Assembly: GCF_026626685.1 (NCBI RefSeq)
Contig: NZ_JAPNJX010000021.1
Span: 169,329-233,328 of the forward strand
Source: Nannocystis sp. SCPEA4
GTDB taxonomy: Bacteria; Myxococcota_A; Polyangia; Nannocystales; Nannocystaceae
Length of the DNA stretch: 64,000 nucleotides
Direction of reading: 5' to 3'
Within the stretch, counting starts at the first letter, position 1. The number at the start of each line of letters is the position of its first letter. The translations under genes were made by a program, and so were the position numbers. Shown here in pieces: positions 60,003-64,000 of this stretch. The notes under the pieces are model-generated. The model was not told where the DNA came from and searched no databases. It worked only from the letters and a program-made list of their open reading frames with translations.

Positions 60003-61958
60003 ATGCCACCCTCCATCGACATGCGCGCGAGCGTCGGCCCGCCCGACGTGCTCTTGCTGTTCCCCCCGGCCACCGAGGCGCGGCTGTTCCCGTACCTCAG
60101 CCTGCCGGCCCTGACCGCGTACCTGCGGCGCGAAGGCGTCGCGGTGCGACCGCGCGACCTCAACATCGAGCTGTGCCACGCCCTGCTCGCGCCCGCGGCG
60201 TTGCGCGCCTACCTCGGGCCGGAGCTCGCCGCCGAGGCGGACCCGCAGCCGCTCGCGCGGGCGTATCGCTCGGCGATGGCGCGCTACCTGCTGGCGATCT
60301 GCGACTCGCTGCGCGCCCGCGTGTTCGACAAGGCCGCGGCGGCGATCGACAGTCGGTCGGCGCTGCGACTCGCCGGCCAGGCCATCGATCTGCTGTTCGA
60401 GCGATCGGCGCTGAAGTTCTCGTCGACCTCGTTGTCCCGGCTCGCGGCCCGGTTCACCGCCGGCGACGAGCCGGACGCGGACGACCTCGCCGCGCGTGCC
60501 CTCGCGGCGCTGCTGGACGACGCGCTCGCGCCGTCGACCCCGGCGATCGTCGGCATCTCGGTCGCGTTCTACAGCCAGATCGGGCCGGCGCTGTGGTTGG
60601 CGCGGCGGATCCGCGCGCGCTGCCCCGACGCCGTCATCGTGCTCGGGGGCCCGCAGATCATGCTGCGTCACGACGCATTGGCCCGCGTCCCGGCGATCGC
60701 CGGGATCGTCGACGCGCTGGCGACCGGCGCCGGCGAGGCGACCCTCGCCGCGCTCGCGCGGGCGGCCGCGGGCGCTGCCGCGTGGAGCGACGTGCCCTCC
60801 GTGGTGTGGCTCGACCGCCGCGCGCCGTCGCGGGACGATCCGCCGCCGCCGATCGCCGCGTTGCCCCCGCCCGACTTCTCCGATCTGCCGTGGCAGCGCT
60901 ACGTCATGGACGCGGTCCAGCTCCCGCTCGTCACCGGCATCGGCTGCTTCTGGGGCCGCTGCGCCTTTTGTTCGTACGGCGCCCGCTCGCGCCGCGTCGG
61001 CTATCAGCAGAAGTCGCCGCGCCAGATCGCCGACGAATGCGAGCACCTGGTCCGCACGTACGGCGTCCGCCGCATCAACTTCGTCGACGAGATGACGAAC
61101 TTGCCGGTCGTGCGTCGGGCCATGCGCCTGCTCCGTCGCCGCGGCGTCGCCATCGAGTTCAGCGTCCGCTGCCGCTTCGAGCGCCTGCTCCGCGACCTCG
61201 AGGTCTGCCGTGAGCTGCGCGCCCTCGGCTGCGTCCAGATGGCGGTCGGCTACGAGACCAATTCGCAGCGCCTCCTCGATCGCCTGGACAAGGGCGTCGA
61301 CGCCGCCGACTACCAGCCGATCGTCGACAACCTGCACGCCGTCGGCATCGAGCTGCGGCTGTCGGTGATGGGCGGGATCCTCGACGAGACCGCCGAGGAG
61401 GTCGCCGCCTCCGAGGCGTTCCTCGCCGCCAACGCCGACAAGATCGCCATCGACGTCATGCAGATGCTCACCTGCGAGCCCGGCACCCCGCTCGCCGAGC
61501 GCCCCGAGGAATTCGGCGTCGTCATCCCCGACCGCGAGCGCTGGCAGGGCAACGAATTGCTCAGCTACGGCCTCGGTCGCGTCGGCCTGCGCTTCGAGGC
61601 GCGCGGCGCCCCGCCCTTCGAGGCGATGCAGCGGCGCTTCCTCGCCATCCATCACAACGTCCATCCTCACAAGAACGACGACGTCCCGCCCGAGCGTCGC
61701 GGACCGCCGGCGCCCGCGGAGCCGGTGTACGCGGTCCAGCTTCACCCGTGGGTCCGGGTCGTGCACGCCACCTGGCGTGACGGCGCGGCCGCGCCGTTCC
61801 TCGCCAACTTGCTGTGGCAGACGATCTATCGCTTGCCGCCCGCCATCCAGCACGACGGCGAGCTGCTGCGGGCCGACGGCGACGAGGCCGCCCGCGTGCT
61901 CACGCGACTGCTCGCGACCGGGGCGGGCACGCCGGTGCGGGCCCGGAGGTCCGCATGA
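60003..61958 (+). CDS. B12-binding-domain radical SAM protein (class-B-like); cluster GCFWGRCAFC
   Basis: The N-terminal Rossmann segment is B12-binding-like (AVIVLGGPQIML). The Cys cluster is C-x4-C-x2-C, a non-canonical spacing. rSAM core motifs are present (GYETNSQRLLDRL..). Start set to ATG 60003; the track begins at 59577. Confidence 0.65.
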   Translation: MPPSIDMRASVGPPDVLLLFPPATEARLFPYLSLPALTAYLRREGVAVRPRDLNIELCHALLAPAALRAYLGPELAAEADPQPLARAYRSAMARYLLAICDSLRARVFDKAAAAIDSRSALRLAGQAIDLLFERSALKFSSTSLSRLAARFTAGDEPDADDLAARALAALLDDALAPSTPAIVGISVAFYSQIGPALWLARRIRARCPDAVIVLGGPQIMLRHDALARVPAIAGIVDALATGAGEATLAALARAAAGAAAWSDVPSVVWLDRRAPSRDDPPPPIAALPPPDFSDLPWQRYVMDAVQLPLVTGIGCFWGRCAFCSYGARSRRVGYQQKSPRQIADECEHLVRTYGVRRINFVDEMTNLPVVRRAMRLLRRRGVAIEFSVRCRFERLLRDLEVCRELRALGCVQMAVGYETNSQRLLDRLDKGVDAADYQPIVDNLHAVGIELRLSVMGGILDETAEEVAASEAFLAANADKIAIDVMQMLTCEPGTPLAERPEEFGVVIPDRERWQGNELLSYGLGRVGLRFEARGAPPFEAMQRRFLAIHHNVHPHKNDDVPPERRGPPAPAEPVYAVQLHPWVRVVHATWRDGAAAPFLANLLWQTIYRLPPAIQHDGELLRADGDEAARVLTRLLATGAGTPVRARRSA

Positions 61959-62914
61959 CGCGACGACCGACGACGCCGCGGCTCGGTCTCGGGGTCGGGA
62001 TGGATCTGCCGTGGGGCGAGCGGATCGGCTTCACCCGTGATCCCGGGCGCGGCGACACCGTCACCCCGCGGGTCGCCAACTTCCTGGCGCGCTACCAGGA
62101 GCGCTTCCATTACCTCGTGTTCGCGTTCCAGCCGGGCAACCGCAACCGCCTGCGCGCCGGCGACTACTTCGCCGCCTACGACGCCCTGTTCGCCGCGGCG
62201 CCGCGGATCGGTCACCGCGCGCTGCACCACACCCTGCTCAACATGGCGACCCTCGAGCCGATCGAGTTCGACGCGGTGGCGGCGTTCACCAACGCGCTCG
62301 TCGAGCGCTACGGCTTCGCGTGGATCGTCGAGGACCTCGGGCTGTGGTCGATCGCCGGCAAATCGCTGCCGTACCCGCTGCCGCCGTTCTTGACCGACGA
62401 GGGGCTGGCCGCGTGCATCCGCAACGTCCGCGGCTGGCAGTCGCGCCTGGCCGCGCCGGTGTGCGTCGAGTTCCCGGGCTTCACCGAGGGCGCGACGATC
62501 ACGATCGGGGCGATGGACGCCTTCGAGTTCTTCCGCGTCGTCGCCGACGAGACGGGCTCGCCGGTCACGCTCGACGTCGGCCACCTCCTCAGCTACCAGT
62601 GGTCGCAGGGCCGCGTGGGCCCGCGCCGCTTCGAGGCGCTCGAGCGCCTGCCGCTGCTCGCCTGTCACGAGATTCACCTGTCCGGCTGCCAGATCTCCGG
62701 CGGCAAGTTCCGCGACCTTCACCACGGCGTCCTGCTCGACGAGCAGCTCGAGCTGCTCGCCTGGCTGCTGCCCCGCTGCCCTCACCTCCGCGCGATCACC
62801 TACGAAGATCCGCGCTACTTCGAGGACGGCGAGCTGGTGCCCAAGTCGGTCGCCAACTTCGAGCGGCTCGCGGCCATGGCCGCCGCCTGGCTCGGCGAGG
62901 AGGCGCATGCCTGA
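61955..62914 (+). CDS. DUF692-family protein (multinuclear non-heme iron oxidase, MNIO; MbnB/TglH-like)
   Basis: The N-terminal RLGLGVGMDLPWGE resembles DUF692 N-termini. Its ~320-aa size fits a TIM barrel. ATG 61955 overlaps the rSAM stop (ATGA), and its own stop overlaps the next gene by 8 nt. Confidence 0.55.
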   Translation: MTRRPTTPRLGLGVGMDLPWGERIGFTRDPGRGDTVTPRVANFLARYQERFHYLVFAFQPGNRNRLRAGDYFAAYDALFAAAPRIGHRALHHTLLNMATLEPIEFDAVAAFTNALVERYGFAWIVEDLGLWSIAGKSLPYPLPPFLTDEGLAACIRNVRGWQSRLAAPVCVEFPGFTEGATITIGAMDAFEFFRVVADETGSPVTLDVGHLLSYQWSQGRVGPRRFEALERLPLLACHEIHLSGCQISGGKFRDLHHGVLLDEQLELLAWLLPRCPHLRAITYEDPRYFEDGELVPKSVANFERLAAMAAAWLGEEAHA

Positions 62915-63707
62915 GACGTTACAGACCGCGCTCTACCGGCTGCTCCACGATCGCCGCGCGCGCGACCAGTTCCTCGCCGGCCGCCTCGAATCCCTCGGGC
63001 TCGAGCCGTCGGCGCAGGCCCACCTGCGCACCATCGATCCGGACGAGCTGGTCGCCATCAGCGGCGCGATCGGGCGCGACCTGTTGCGCGGCAACGTCGA
63101 GTACGACGGCGGCCTGCGCAGCACCTTCCCCGATCTGTTCGCGCAGCTGGAGCGCGCCGGTCACGGCGCGGCCGCGCTGGTCGAGCGCTTCGTCGCCTCG
63201 CCGCAGTACGCCGACAGCCGGCAGGTGCCGTACGGCCCGCGCGGGATCTCGGTCGAGGAGGCGTTCTTCGAATTCCTGCGCGGTGACGACGCGCTGCGGG
63301 TCGCCGGACCGCACGCCGTCGATCTGCTGACCCACGAGTTCCTGACCGGCCTCCTCTCGATCCTCGTGCTCAACCGGGACCCGAGCTTCGCCGTGCGCAC
63401 CGCGCTGATCCGCGACAACGGCGTCGCCCACTACGCGGTGCAGCGCTATCCGGCCGAGTTCGTCCGCACCTTGACGAAGGGCCCGATCGCCGCGGATCCG
63501 TCCGGCGCGGCGCTGTTCCTCTACGCCGCCACGCCCGCGCGCTTCGTCCGCGGCCCCGCCACGCCGGTCAGCGCGGCGCTGGTGGAGCACGGGCGGATGC
63601 GGCCCGACGCCCTGGTCGCCGCGCTGGCGGGACAGGGCGTGGTGGTCACCGTCGAAAGCCTCGCGGCGCTCGGCGAGGGCCTCGCGCGTCTGGGGGTGAT
63701 CGCGTGA
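62907..63707 (+). CDS. MNIO partner protein (DUF2063-like)
   Basis: 266 aa, translationally coupled immediately downstream of the DUF692 gene, as in MbnBC/TglHI/BufBC pairs. Assigned by position and size rather than by motif. Confidence 0.4.
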   Translation: MPETLQTALYRLLHDRRARDQFLAGRLESLGLEPSAQAHLRTIDPDELVAISGAIGRDLLRGNVEYDGGLRSTFPDLFAQLERAGHGAAALVERFVASPQYADSRQVPYGPRGISVEEAFFEFLRGDDALRVAGPHAVDLLTHEFLTGLLSILVLNRDPSFAVRTALIRDNGVAHYAVQRYPAEFVRTLTKGPIAADPSGAALFLYAATPARFVRGPATPVSAALVEHGRMRPDALVAALAGQGVVVTVESLAALGEGLARLGVIA

Positions 63708-64000
63708 CGCGGGGTCTGGTCCGCGCGTTCGAGGAGCACGGCGAGGTGCTCGCGCACTGGCATCGCCAGGGCTGGTCGCGCGAGTGCGTGGTCGTCCTCG
63801 ATCATCACCTCGACCTCAAGCGGATCGCCGCCGACCAGCTCGCGCGCGTCCGCGACGGCGCCCGCGGCGGCGGCCTCGACCGGCTCCACCGCGATCTCCC
63901 GTTCCGCGACGACGACCGGTTCGCCTACGGCCTCGACAGCTTCCTCTACGCCGCCGCCGACCTCGGGCTGATCGAGCGCGTGGTGTGGGTCCTGCCGGAG
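63704..64000 (+). CDS. Hypothetical protein (partial, continues beyond the window); GTG start overlapping the upstream stop; possible metal-dependent hydrolase fold (VVVLDHHLDL)
   Basis: The open frame VTRGLVRAFEEHGEVLAHWHRQGWSRECVVVLDHHLDLKR... runs to the window end. Confidence 0.35.
   Translation, partial: MTRGLVRAFEEHGEVLAHWHRQGWSRECVVVLDHHLDLKRIAADQLARVRDGARGGGLDRLHRDLPFRDDDRFAYGLDSFLYAAADLGLIERVVWVLPE

Overview
This is a high-GC (~70%) window with myxobacteria-like gene content: Cys-rich lipoproteins, Pro-rich linkers, and GTG/TTG starts with 4-nt GTGA/ATGA stop-start overlaps. I found no rRNA, tRNA, CRISPR array or transposase. Five blocks are visible.

- **1-9.6 kb, aryl-polyene/flexirubin-type lipid cluster (tail end).** All genes on the minus strand except a divergent FabG. 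Order (transcription right to left): ACP, membrane protein, AMP-ligase fused to a FabA/Z-like dehydratase, GT2 glycosyltransferase, lysophospholipid acyltransferase, MIO-type aromatic ammonia-lyase, hotdog thioesterase, LolA-like protein, MMPL exporter (3'-truncated at the window edge). Several junctions overlap by 4 nt.
- **9.7-21 kb, mixed genes.** A two-domain M16 peptidase, a PDZ lipoprotein, a Zn-ribbon/Pro-rich membrane protein preceded by a 5-copy ~70-bp tandem repeat, and a Tat-signal multicopper oxidase.
- **21.5-41.5 kb, NRPS locus.** One 17.3-kb five-module NRPS gene, A-T / C-A-T-E / C-A-T / C-A-T / C-A-T-E. It has no TE domain and ends in an E domain. It contains near-identical internal module duplications. 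Predicted specificities are Ser-X-Ser-X-Gly, by partial Stachelhaus reading. It is followed by an overlapping 237-aa protein of unknown function, a SyrD/YojI-type cyclic-peptide ABC exporter and an MbtH-like protein.
- **42-48 kb, housekeeping-like genes.** A DUF697-like protein, an SPFH/band-7 protein, a Cys-rich lipoprotein and a DJ-1/PfpI protein.
- **48-64 kb, two candidate RiPP-like loci.**
  - (a) A 35-aa low-GC ORF with a sigma70-like promoter and a strong downstream hairpin, followed by a JmjC/cupin oxygenase, a divergent GNAT, and a HlyD + C39-peptidase ABC + ABC export cassette.
  - (b) A 103-aa small gene with a GGAGG RBS and a downstream palindromic hairpin, followed by a B12-binding radical SAM protein, a DUF692 (MNIO) protein, a DUF2063-like partner and a further overlapping ORF.

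Across the window there are strongly over-represented GGACA/TGTCC half-site elements. Several sit in arrays where CATG recurs at an exact 14-bp period, in intergenic DNA and also inside two coding regions. I regard this as the least expected signal in the window.
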